Positions 24,216-33,600 of a stretch of 64,000 nucleotides of DNA are shown here, in pieces. The notes beneath the pieces are model-generated. The model had not been told where the DNA came from and searched no databases. It saw only the letters and a program-made list of their open reading frames with translations. Position 1 is the first letter of the stretch. Each line of letters begins with the position of its first letter. The position numbers and the translations under genes were made by a program. Source of the DNA: Octopus sinensis (lineage: Eukaryota); NCBI RefSeq assembly GCF_006345805.1, contig NC_043015.1:16864001-16928000 (forward strand), written 5' to 3'.

Positions 24216-26293
24216 TATATATTTCTGTGCGTGTGTGTGTGTATCCGCTACACAACTATCGCTGATGTATTTGTCCACGAAAATCAAAAGCATCACAATA
24301 AAAGCGTGTTAGGTATGTATCGAAATACTTGAGGTGATTATTTGATCTGTGAAGCACACGATGTTGGTGTATATTTGTATGTACAATACAGAGGAAGGCG
24401 TTTCTTATTACTATTATACATATATATTATAGTTATGCTAATTAGTAGGCCCCAAACAATTTTAAATAATTCAACCGCTTATTAGAATCAAATTATGTCT
24501 TATGAGCTACTTATCGAAAAAGTTTTGCTCTGAAGTAATCACAAGCTACAGACACGCATATATGTGTGCATTCTTTCGGGGGTAATCGCATGTCATTGAT
24601 CAATCAGCTGTTTTATCTACTTGTCAATTCAGTAAAAAAAAAATTATTTCTTGAAAGAATGCCGACGGAATTATATTATGCACCAATTTCTAATAAATAT
24701 AGACTCTACAACATGTATTGAGTACTCTTTCGTATGTAAACAAAAACGTCCACTTTCCTACAGAGACAGAAGTAATGATGACTACGGCACATTGATAATC
24801 TCCATTTTCTTGTCACAAATGCTCCAGCAGCACCTGTGATGAAGTACACTGAGATATCTATTAAAGTTGTGCTTTCAAATGCTAATTAAAAAAGTGGGTC
24901 GCTAGAAAATGTTACAAATTTAGTGCTACTGACCTAGTTTAGTGATCTTAAGTCTCTCTCTCTTTTATTTCATTTTTGGTAATCTTTCGGGATGTAGTTA
25001 AATAAAACAGCAATTGAAAATACTGGATTAACAGATATTTATCTTTTGGACAGATATCAGGGAGATGAAGATTATTTATTTTCTTAGCTAGAAGAAATTA
25101 TCTAAGCAACCATTTTCTACTCGCTAATCAGACAATACACAAGATATTCTTACGAAAACTATGAATAATAATAACCATAATAATATAACTCTACATTGAG
25201 CTGGATCACAAATGTGTAAATTATACGCTTGAAAAACATTGTGGGAATCTAACCTACAAATATAGAAAGTTACATTATGTTCGTATATATCTTCTATATT
25301 TTTTTTAATTCATAACTTATAATTAATAGGTATGTGTTTATAATTTATGTGTACGAAAAGTCAAAGAAGATCGTGCATTATATGTGGAGAATATCGTGAA
25401 AAGTGTATTGCACCGGCCTATCTGGATTTTCGATAATGAAGTATCATCAGACTAAGAAAATGAAGAAATAAAGACCTAATTAGGGGAATCTATATAAATG
25501 CGAGAAGTTTGAATGCTGGTTTTGTTTCACATATAACGGAACCTTTCAGTGAAAACGATGAAATATATTTGCAAAAAACTACCAATTCAAAGTCTTAAAA
25601 CTAATTGGATCGCTAGATTAATTAAAGTTAAAAACGATGCGATACATGCGATTAAAAGAAAAATTATACCATATAACTGAGTTATTTAAAAGGAAATATT
25701 TGCCGAAGGCTGTCAATAAGCATACAAAAATAATAGCCATCTTTCAAGATCACCGAAATAATGACATATTTAAGAGTAATTGTAAATTTAAATTTAGAAA
25801 AATTGCTTAGTCTTTGCGAAAGTTAATATAGTTTAAACTGGTTTTGATGAATGTATATAACTACTTAAAATTAGACAAATTCTTTTGAGAAAGCTAATAG
25901 TTATGGAGTAGTTGAGATGAGTTCTATAAAATAAGCACAAGTGTATAAACATTGACTACATATCAATGTACACACACACATATATGATCACAATTCACTA
26001 CTATCCAAAATTTACTTCTTAATTTATGATTAATAACTAAATATTTACGGCCAAATACCGTCTCCAAACTTACATGTGTGTATGGAGACACTTGAGATGG
26101 TGTATATCAAAGATTAAATAATAGCCCAAAACAGGAATGTAGCTTCACATGCTCAAAGGAAAATATTCAAAAATCAACAACATAAAATAAATCAAAGACT
26201 TACCTCATCATGTTTATTAGGGCTTTTCTTCTTAATTTTGGATAAATCATCAAATCCGTACAAAGCCTCTCCACTATGTCGAGTTCTAACCAT
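1465..26293 (-). CDS. ATAD2: ATAD2/ATAD2B-like AAA-ATPase bromodomain gene, N-terminal 6 exons only (3'-partial)
   Basis: Six GT-AG exons join in phase (742 nt). MVRTR start (cf. ATAD2B MVNTR), DMYSRVKR motif, then an acidic tract followed by [18 protein letters not shown], which I recall from the ATAD2B N-terminal region. The AAA and bromodomain are not in the window, so the identity is from recall and unconfirmed. Confidence 0.72.
2372..2471 (-). CDS. ATAD2: ATAD2-like exon 5: [33 protein letters not shown]
   Basis: ctattttcag acceptor, gtgaga donor, 100 nt; DMYSRVKR motif. Confidence 0.8.
2902..3149 (-). CDS. ATAD2: ATAD2-like exon 4: VEFADK...[13 protein letters not shown]...[14 protein letters not shown]
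   Basis: 248 nt inside supplied ORF 2869..3267; gtaaga donor; acceptor follows a (TA)n tract. Confidence 0.75.
3380..3722. repeat. Long foldback inverted repeat (84-bp inner stem, 9-nt loop)
   Basis: 3450-3533 is the reverse complement of 3543-3626 with 1 mismatch; outer arms ~3380-3448 and 3661-3722. Confidence 0.95.
3845..4359 (-). mobile_element. Decayed L1/Tx1-like LINE ORF1, 5' fragment
   Basis: Hand translation [10 protein letters not shown]...TIVFKVYN...[22 protein letters not shown] with stops and a frameshift; FAAAV start and LP.Y.GRR...RI.NVPP resemble Tx1-type ORF1. Confidence 0.5.
4880..5018 (-). mobile_element. Possible non-autonomous Helitron-like 5' end
   Basis: Minus strand begins TCTCTATATATAAAAC then (GTCT)n, resembling short Helitron/HINE termini; 3' end not found. 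Confidence 0.3.
5231..5549 (-). mobile_element. tRNA-derived SINE family 2 (CORE-like), degenerate
   Basis: Aligns by eye to the intact copies at 14313-14680 and 58004-58419. Confidence 0.75.
5598..5644 (-). CDS. ATAD2: ATAD2-like exon 3: [15 protein letters not shown]
   Basis: ttttaacag acceptor; the gttggt donor gives the phase needed for the next exon (alternative donor with exon ending at 5594). Confidence 0.55.
6892..8689 (+). mobile_element. Chapaev3-like (CMC) DNA transposon, decayed, both ends present
   Basis: Ends CACTGCAT...ATGCAGTG, TTA duplicated on both sides; transposase remnants [37 protein letters not shown] (ORF 7296..7721) and a [22 protein letters not shown]-like stretch near 8180-8280. 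Confidence 0.75.
9690..10548 (-). mobile_element. R4/Dong-clade non-LTR retrotransposon, 3' fragment (Zn knuckle + RLE endonuclease)
   Basis: [11 protein letters not shown]...[11 protein letters not shown] (ORF 10084..10407), then QPDIVI.D...LLIDMSVP...HYEDL...MWKL...IPVVIG.LG; (TAA)n on both sides. Confidence 0.85.
10566..11262 (+). mobile_element. Three tandem degenerate copies of tRNA-derived SINE family 1
   Basis: ~10566-10805, 10812-11030 and 11037-11262 each show a GAGTTCAAAT-like B box, the cctttcatcc...aataagtaccag central domain and a (TTA/TCA)n tail. Confidence 0.8.
13236..13453. mobile_element. piggyBac-type MITE (218 bp)
   Basis: TTAA on both sides; perfect 12-bp TIR CCCTTTCGTTAC / GTAACGAAAGGG. 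Confidence 0.9.
14054..14148 (-). CDS. ATAD2: ATAD2-like exon 2: [31 protein letters not shown]
   Basis: tttttcctgtag acceptor, gttagt donor, 95 nt, phases 0 to 2 fit the neighbours. Confidence 0.65.
14313..14680 (+). mobile_element. tRNA-derived SINE family 2 (CORE-like), near full length
   Basis: A box TGGCTGTGTGG, B box GGTTCAGACCC, GGGCAAGTGTCTT core, internal (TG)n, tail ...GACTGAAACAAGTAAAA. Confidence 0.85.
14715..15480 (+). mobile_element. pogo/Tigger-like DDE transposase remnant
   Basis: [11 protein letters not shown] then PPN...[13 protein letters not shown] (ORF 14831..15076); frameshifted. Confidence 0.75.
15775..16005 (+). mobile_element. tRNA-derived SINE family 1, young intact copy
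   Basis: A box TGGCAGAAACG, B box GAGTTCAAATTCC, central GCCTTTCATCCTTTCAGGGTCGATAAATTAAGTACCAG (resembles a Meta-type SINE domain, from recall); near-identical inverse copy at 56331-56554. Confidence 0.88.
16279..16381. repeat. Small hairpin / MITE-like inverted repeat (~103 nt)
   Basis: TTTAGCAGAAGTAACA...TGTTACTTCTGCTAAA perfect 16 bp, plus a further ~11-bp paired block. Confidence 0.7.
16466..16986 (-). mobile_element. CpG-rich repeat resembling an RTE 5'UTR-derived non-autonomous element, embedded in (TA)n
   Basis: Minus strand carries taaaccggcaacccc and ctaggagaaggtaactc...aaaacc, reminiscent of RTE 5'UTRs; (TA)n on both flanks. Confidence 0.4.
17011..17568. mobile_element. Foldback-type MITE with ~175-bp near-perfect terminal inverted repeats
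   Basis: 17011-~17190 is the reverse complement of ~17395-17568 with only a few mismatches; ~200-bp spacer; sits at a (TA)n tract. Confidence 0.85.
17668..18460 (+). mobile_element. RTE-clade LINE 3' fragment (RT C-terminus + 3'UTR + (GAT)n tail)
   Basis: [12 protein letters not shown]...[18 protein letters not shown]...[10 protein letters not shown] (ORF 17565..18080). Confidence 0.88.
19141..19490 (+). mobile_element. SINE family 2, degenerate copy
   Basis: Same blocks as 14313-14680 with (TG)n in the middle. Confidence 0.75.
20191..20970 (+). mobile_element. maT/DD37D (Tc1-mariner superfamily) transposase remnant
   Basis: Frameshifted [12 protein letters not shown]...KNFNQDQK...[26 protein letters not shown]...QDSAP.H...PDL.PMDY.VWSVV...VIKAEG.FIE*. 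Confidence 0.8.
21150..21510 (+). mobile_element. Helitron RepHel PIF1-helicase C-terminal remnant
   Basis: [25 protein letters not shown] (ORF 21211..21519), followed by a [16 protein letters not shown]-like end. Confidence 0.85.
22504..22554. repeat. (TA)n microsatellite
   Basis: ~25 TA units; similar tracts at 23540-23584 and 38060-38118. Confidence 0.95.
22575..22763 (-). mobile_element. (TA)n-embedded repeat, Penelope-like terminal-repeat candidate
   Basis: A truncated second copy at 38119-38195 is also inside (TA)n; hammerhead-like core at 22668-22697; flanked by 8-bp inverted TTCGCCAT (22561) / ATGGCGAA (22756). Confidence 0.45.
23467..23494 (+). mobile_element. Helitron-type 3' terminus (GC hairpin + CTAG|T)
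   Basis: CTCGG-GCTTTGCT-CCGAG hairpin, 5 nt spacer, then CTAG followed by T. Confidence 0.45.
26204..26293 (-). CDS. ATAD2: ATAD2-like exon 1: [30 protein letters not shown]
   Basis: ATG in caaaacATGG context, gtaagt donor, 90 nt. Confidence 0.75.
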
Positions 26294-27041
26294 GTTTTGT
26301 TGTCGTCCAGCCTATCTCTCTCTTTCTCTCACCGTCTATTTTATCTTTGATCTGCAAAGCTGATTGTTTTTAAATTCTTTCTTCCTGTAGTTTTAAATTA
26401 TTTCAACATCAGAATTCCACCATTGTTGGTGAGAGATATTTCCCTCCGCACTACGAGAGTAATTTGATGGCGAAACACGAAGGTAGGGAGAGCAGCTGTG
26501 GTATAAATTTCCAAGCCAGAGTGGTGGGAGAAAGAGCCAAATTGCCGACTATCAACCAACTCGTACCGCTGTCTGTCCACCTCTGGTTAATTAGTAATCT
26601 TCTATAATCCACAAGTCTATCAATGCAAAGTTAGTGAAAAAAGATATATATCTCTTTCAGATATGTATTAATATACTCATAAAGATATCTATATTTTAGA
26701 AATTTTGTCTCAACTAGTCGAATAAGATATGCTAAATATTTCCGAATTAACAACACATCGTTTAAGATATCGAAGAAATTGTCCACTATAAACGGAATTT
26801 TGCATTTTAGAGCAGGATGTGATAAAGAATTAAGAGATTAGCTGCTTCCTTGTCTATCGGGAATGTGTACAGGCTCACACTCATATAATATATATAAAGC
26901 CGTTGTTCGTTTTCATGGACGATGAGTTTAGTAGGATATGAATATAGGCAGATATAAACGAGATAATAATTTTAAAATATATTCAAACACAATAGAACTG
27001 CAAAATGATAGCATTAGTTTAGTCACCTGGCATCAGAAATA

Positions 27042-27065
27042 TTGGCGGGAATAGAACCTTTCAAA
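27042..27065. promoter_or_regulatory. E2F-type site plus CHR-like element upstream of the ATAD2-like ATG
   Basis: TTGGCGGGAA at 27042-27051 and TTCAAA (reverse complement TTTGAA) at 27060-27065, in a locally CpG-rich stretch ~750 bp upstream of the ATG; TSS unknown. Confidence 0.45.
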
Positions 27066-30000
27066 TTCTCCGAGGTGAACACTCACAACCCAAGAGCAAG
27101 GTTTGTTGTCGGAGTAGCTCAATTATTATTTTTTTTTTTTTCGAGGGGCCCATTTACAGGCAGAGATCATTAAAATTCACTTGCAGTTGTAATTTATTCT
27201 AGTCAATCTCGAATAATTATCTCATTTTCGTTATGAAAGTTTTCGTTGAAGGTAAAAGCAATGAAATGGTAGAAGCATTCGAATGTGCGATATTTCTTTG
27301 TTCGTACATTGAACATACTTTGACAAGGTGGCGGAGATTGCCGCCGATTCACAACCAACGACACCCTTCACTCTCGGACATGCGCACTGGCCGACCGTTC
27401 GGCTTCCAAGAGTTGTTGCCTCATTTTCTGCTTCTTGTAACATTTATTATTAAACTATTATTATTTTTATTATTAATTTGTTTAAATTTCTAGCAATGAA
27501 TGTAATAATTAATTCTCTTAAAAAATCAATGGCAACACATCAAAACGAAAATATTATAAATACAATTTAGGATTTTAATCTTTAATTTTCATGAAATTAT
27601 AACCGGGAAAAAAATTGATCGTGTCAAAAAAAAAAAACAATCATTTCCGTGTTTTATCGTCGATCTTTGGTTTGAAACAATGGTTAATATCAGACAGTTA
27701 CTCAAACACAATCTGCTGTAGTTTACATATAAAATTGGCACTAGATATATATGCGTGTTTTTAAGTCATTATTTATCAGTTTGATAACCAAAAATATATT
27801 ACTATTGTTCCCTTCGACCTTGTTAGAACTCGAGTTCAGTACAATAAGATTGAAAGATTATTTATTGATAAACCGATAATCTCTAAGAAGTTAGATTTCC
27901 TCAATATCTGAATATTTTATTTGGATCAATCGATAATATTCTATAAAGAATCCTAGATGTAATTAGAATTATAATAGAAAAGATATATATACACAGCAGG
28001 TTTCAAGAAGCGCTCGCCTCAGTAAATTTACAAAATAATGCATTAACAGTTCGGATGTACGGAAATGGTACGAAATTAAAAATAAACAACTAGCGACATG
28101 AAATTATTTTGCGCTTTCTTCTATTGATAGAGCATTATAAAAAATAATATTATAGGTAAATCTTAAACAAAAGTATAAATTTGTGATTATGAGTCAAGAT
28201 AGCTTATGCACAGTTACAAATGTTAGAACCCGCTTGTCGCGAAGCCTGAGAATAGATTAGCTTTTACATTAATAAAGGAACCTAATAACACCACTCAACA
28301 TTTCTTTAGTTTTCACAGGGGACCCCCAAGTTAGCATTCAATCACTAATTCCTTTTCTTTTATTATTATTGCCGATGATTATCCGAGAAACCTGAGTAGC
28401 TGCAACTCTATGAGTTTATCCTTTTTCATCCAATATCTATTACTCTTTACTTAACGCTGTAGCTTTACATTTGCTCTCAGTTCTTCCATGAACTTGAGTG
28501 ACATAGTTATTTGCTTCTTGTATGATATATGGGAAAGCTTTCAGAATCACGCTTCAAAGCTTGGACATTTTGTTCTAGTTCATGTCCAGGTGTTCCTCAA
28601 TCAGTAAGCCGTTATCATAACTGAGGATTTAATAATGTTACAATACATCAAATATAACCCTCACAGGTAAACAGGTGACATATATAAAAAGACAGTCATC
28701 ATAGTTACTTGTGTCAACCATTATTTATTATAAATAAAATGGGATCTCACATATGTATTAGTGACTTGAAAATATGTGCAACAACTGAAAATATGTGCAA
28801 GCCAGTCAAGACTCATACACAGATATAATTAATAGAAATCCTTACAATGAAATAATTCAGAGGTCCAGTATATATGCATTGAGCATATACCTTGTATAAG
28901 GTAAAGGAATTCAATTTTGTTGCTGCAATCTGTTTACAGTGAGCAGAACTATGGCTCATGAAACACTTGTGCAACTTAAACACAGCAGGAAAGGTTTAAT
29001 TTTTGACAAATTCTCTTCATATAAAATTTATTTTATCCATCTTACATAGATGAAAACTATGTTAAACAGTTCATCAAGTATGACTATCGATTTGTAGCTC
29101 TATATTTGAGTCAATATCTCGACCCTTAAACTCAATGAAATATTCTTATCCAATTAAGGTTTTTTTTTTGTTTTGTAAGCCAATTCCTCTAGATATGATT
29201 ACAACAGTTGGATATTGGTTTAGACTACTTGTTCACAATCTGTTATCATCCCACTTTTAATAGAAGAAAATTTCCTAACCCTAATATAACAATTCAAGAA
29301 GGAAAACTTTGCTACTGTGAACTTATATTACTGCTTCTATGTTAAACATATACATTATACTTTCTGCTTAACCAATCGACGGCATCTTTCAATTAGAGTG
29401 TGCCTTAATTTGACAACTATTTAGATATTTTAGCTTATCTTTATGGATCATGTAACTTACATTCTACAGTGATGAAGAAAAACATACCATTGCTAAGCAG
29501 CAGAACTTATTATCTGATATGTAGTGCACGAGAAGTCCTATGTGATGGTGAGATATCAGTTCGTGTTTTATAAACTTCAAGAGAACCATGTAATCATGTG
29601 ACCAGCTACACTTGTGATATCATTAGATATTGTGAGATTATGAAACAGGCCCCAAAGTGTTATGGATTTCCTTGGAGATTGCCATCATGAGCATAGTAAG
29701 TGATGGATGACCTAGCATATTACTTCTGTAGTTGATTCAGAACCATCATTTGGATTGATAGCAGTTTTATTGAGTAATCTGTTTCTTAGATGTATTGAGT
29801 TGATTATGTACTGTTTTTCCTGGAAGTATGTTGTTTTTCCTTATATGTTGTGTTTTGTTTGGTTTTGTTATGTTTGGCTTTGTTCACCCTCTAGTCCAAT
29901 ATTATTTGTTCATAAACTTCCTGTTTTCCAAGTAAGTCAACTAGTCTTTTAAATTTTCCAAGTAAGTCAACTAGTCTTAATCACCAATCCATATATCCTC

Positions 30001-30609
30001 ATCACAATATGGTAAAATATTCAGTTCAAATTCTAAAAAATATATATTTATCCCCACACACACAGTTAATGCAAGCACATATACAAGGATAATACACACA
30101 CGTTTTTTTCTATTGCAAAATGTGATAAAACCCTGACTCAAGAAATGACAATCTTTCGGCAACCTATGTCAGTAATGCTCCTTTACAGATCAAATTACCT
30201 ACCAAAGTCTACATTTAACTTGGATTTTATACAATCAAGAACTCTTGATGATTTTTGTCTATTCACGAGTGACTAACATCATGTGAAGACTCAACCTCCG
30301 TCAATCAGTTCTTCCAAATAAATATTCTGCTTTTGGCAATTTTTATCCCTCATTTACCTTGAATCACTATCTCTACTTGAATACTAAACTAAATATTACC
30401 TTGATATCTTTTCAAGAAGTGAAAGAACAATTTGTTTACAAATAACCAACACAAAATCATGGCATAGCATTTCTGAAATTTACAACAGATCCTGGACAAT
30501 TTAAACCCAAAATTTATTAATATTACAATTATATAAATAGCAACTGGAGCAGGAGTTGATAAAATATCCTTCTTCATTCTCTTTTACATTTTCGGGCCAA
30601 ATTTTTCAT

Positions 30610-30693
30610 TTAAACTTCAAGACCTTTACTAATCAAAAAGGCCTCTTTTGATGGATCTCGACCAAGGAAATTGCGTAGCATTTCATCAGCATC
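30610..30693 (-). CDS. THOP1: THOP-like last coding exon: [27 protein letters not shown]
   Basis: 84 nt, cag acceptor, TAA at 30612-30610. Confidence 0.95.
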   Translation of the reverse strand, partial: DADEMLRNFLGRDPSKEAFLISKGLEV

Positions 30694-33600
30694 CTGTAAT
30701 ATAAAAACACAAGTAAGTTATAAGAAGGAATATTGACAATTTAAATTTTAGATTTAATGAATTAGTTTCACAACCTAGTTTTAAACTAGTCATAAATAAA
30801 TTTACAATGAAACAATACACTGCATCCCTCATTATTAGGCAAATCAACCTTCTCTCAATAAATAAATGTATATTGTTCAAAACCAATTGTTTTCCCACTG
30901 ACTGTTGGCAACACCTACCTGCACACATTCAGTTAAAATAAATCGAATCTGTGCAGACACCAATAAATAGCAGCCATTTTTGTGATTGGGCAGCATTTTC
31001 ACCATCACAAATTATTAGGCAAATAAAAATGTTGTGTCAGAACAAACATTTGTTTCAATAGTAAAAGTTTAACAAAAACTTTCTTATAAAAGACTTAATG
31101 GTAAACATAAATAATACATTCAAATGAAAATAATCATGGGATTATGTCATACAGCTCTTAATGTTTGATGCATGATCCTCCAAATGTAATAACCTTCCTT
31201 ACGTTCTGATCCACTGAATTTGTCAAGATGATGATATCCTCTTGTGTTATGCTTTGAGTGGCATCTACAATAGCATCCCAGAGGGCAACTTTACTTGAAA
31301 ACTGCTGTCCATCTTGGTAAACATACCTCTTCAGGACACTTTACAGGTTCTTGATCTGGTTTACGTTAGGGAACAAGATGGCCACTCCATCAAATGACCT
31401 CCAGAGAAGCTTATTTGCTACAGGTATTCCTTAGAATTCTTTGCTGCATGAAATGGGGCATTATCTTGCATGAGGACCAACTTTCTCTTGAATGAAAGTT
31501 TTTGCTTTTTGAAACACAGTTGGAAATTGTTCTTTAAGAAGGTAACAGATGTTTTTGATATCATCTCGATGCCATATGGAACTTTCCATGGACCAGCCAT
31601 CATACACGAACAATGCCAACCCAAAACATGACCTCACCTCCCCCCTCTGTTGGCATTTCAAACGATGAAGACAGATCCTACTGATTGATATCCAACCTTT
31701 ACTTCAACCATCTGGTCCATCAAGGGTAGCACAGAACTGTTGAAAAATCTATCTTCATGTATTCTTCTGCCCATTTCAGTCTCTTCTGATTATGAACAGC
31801 CTTCAGAGGTGGCCTTGTAACAGATTTAACATTCCTGGCTACCTGCTTCAAGAGGCGACACCTGGTAGTTTTCCATACGTCTTCCCTGCCACAAGTTTGA
31901 AAACTTCTCTACTAGTCACACATGGGTTCTGCACAACATCCCTTTTCACATGTGACAAAGTACAATTCAAAGCAACTCTTAACTTACGCTTATCTGCCCT
32001 CGACCGAACGGAAATAGGAAACTGCACAAATTTCTTCACTGTTCAGTGATCTCTTCCCAGTATTTTTGATATTTCTATGGTTGTTTTCCCTTTTCCAAGC
32101 TCTGACATGATGGTAGACTTCTCATTCAAGTCAAGATCATGTTTCTGACCCATAATGACACTTAAATTGGGCACCTACCTAATAATTTGGGACAGCAGAA
32201 ATGTTGCTGCTACATGATAATGGCCACCATTTGTTTTCGTCTACGTGGATCTGACTTATTGTAACAGAATGTGCACAGATAGGTATTGCCAACAGTCAGT
32301 GGGAAAACAACTGGTTTTGAGCGAATATACATTTATTTATTGAAAGAAGATTGGTTTACGTAATAATGTGAGATGCAGTGTACATTTCAAGATAATGTAC
32401 TAACAAATGACTGGATAATTTTATTTTGATATACAATCCCAAGTATCAGAACTGCAAATGTCTTTTCATATATACATGCATTTACATCTCTTAAATAAAC
32501 ATTCTTAGGACAGTCAATGATAAAGAAATTAAAAGCAAAAATTCTAGATATATTCTGAAATCCTAGACAGGAACAAAATATTTAATCATCAGCATTTAAT
32601 ATCACTTTTCATTGCTTGCATCAGTTAGAGGGATTTTTTGAGGCAGATTTTCTAAGGCCAAATTGCCTTCCTGACACCAACTCTCACCAGGTAATAATTC
32701 CCTATGGCCACACATGCTTTTCATAGAAGACTAAAAATCAATAAAATTACTTGTATGATGGTGATGTCCATTTACAACCATCACACAATGTCAAGACAAT
32801 TCCAAGAACAAACACATCTATTTTCTATCTTTTACTTGTTTCAGTCATTAGACTGCAGCCATACTGGAGCACCACCATGAAGGGTTTAGTTGAACAAATC
32901 AACCCTGGTACTTATTCTATCAGTCTCTTTTGCCAATCTGCTAGATTGTGAGGATGTAAACAAACCAATACCAGTTGTCAAGGCAACAAAAACACACAGT
33001 GATTCTGAAAAGAGTAATTCTGGAAAGAGGAAGTGCTACTATGAAAGGTTATTAAACATAGAGAATGACTGGGAGAAGCGAGTCTTCCTAACATGAACCT
33101 AAATGAGGGACCAGATATCCTACTTGACAACTGTATGATAAAGCAATAAAGGATAACCAGGGAAAAACCCCTGGTCCATCAGGAATTACCACTGAAATAC
33201 TTAAAATATCTGACAGAGTAGGCTACTGCCTTGTAACCCATATAATTAATCAGGTTATACAGGAAGGTGTCATACCCAGTGACTGGTGTAGCAGTATTTC
33301 TAGCTGTTACATGAATAAAAGAAATGCTTAAGAAGCAATTACGGAGATATCAAAGTGCTGGGTCAGGTCATGAAAGTTACAGAGAGAGTTGTAGCCCAAT
33401 AAATTAGGAACAGAATTGACTAGATGAGATGCAGTTTGGTTTTGTAAGATGGCAGCAGAAGTATCTAGCTTACAAGTAAACCATTGTACTTGGCATTCAT
33501 CAACTCAGAAAAGCCTTCAACAGTGAGTGTCCTCCACACTATAATGTAGTGGTCTCTGAAGATGCTGACAATAGATAAATGGCTTGTGAAAACTGTACAA

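Noticed and set aside
23969-24332. Several overlapping 60-108 aa ORFs (YIYIYI, THTH, VCVC runs), also at 22652, 23406 and 58178
   Set aside because: Stop-free translations of (TA)n, (CA)n and (TG)n microsatellites
27231-27493. Opposed ORFs 27231..27443 (-) and 27233..27493 (+)
   Set aside because: Non-ATG or weak starts in the CpG-rich upstream region; no recognisable product or splice support; better read as promoter/5' sequence
29924-29978. 30-nt tandem duplication (and a 17-nt tandem at ~56961-57003)
   Set aside because: Ordinary slippage duplications; too few units and no spacers, so not CRISPR-like or otherwise informative
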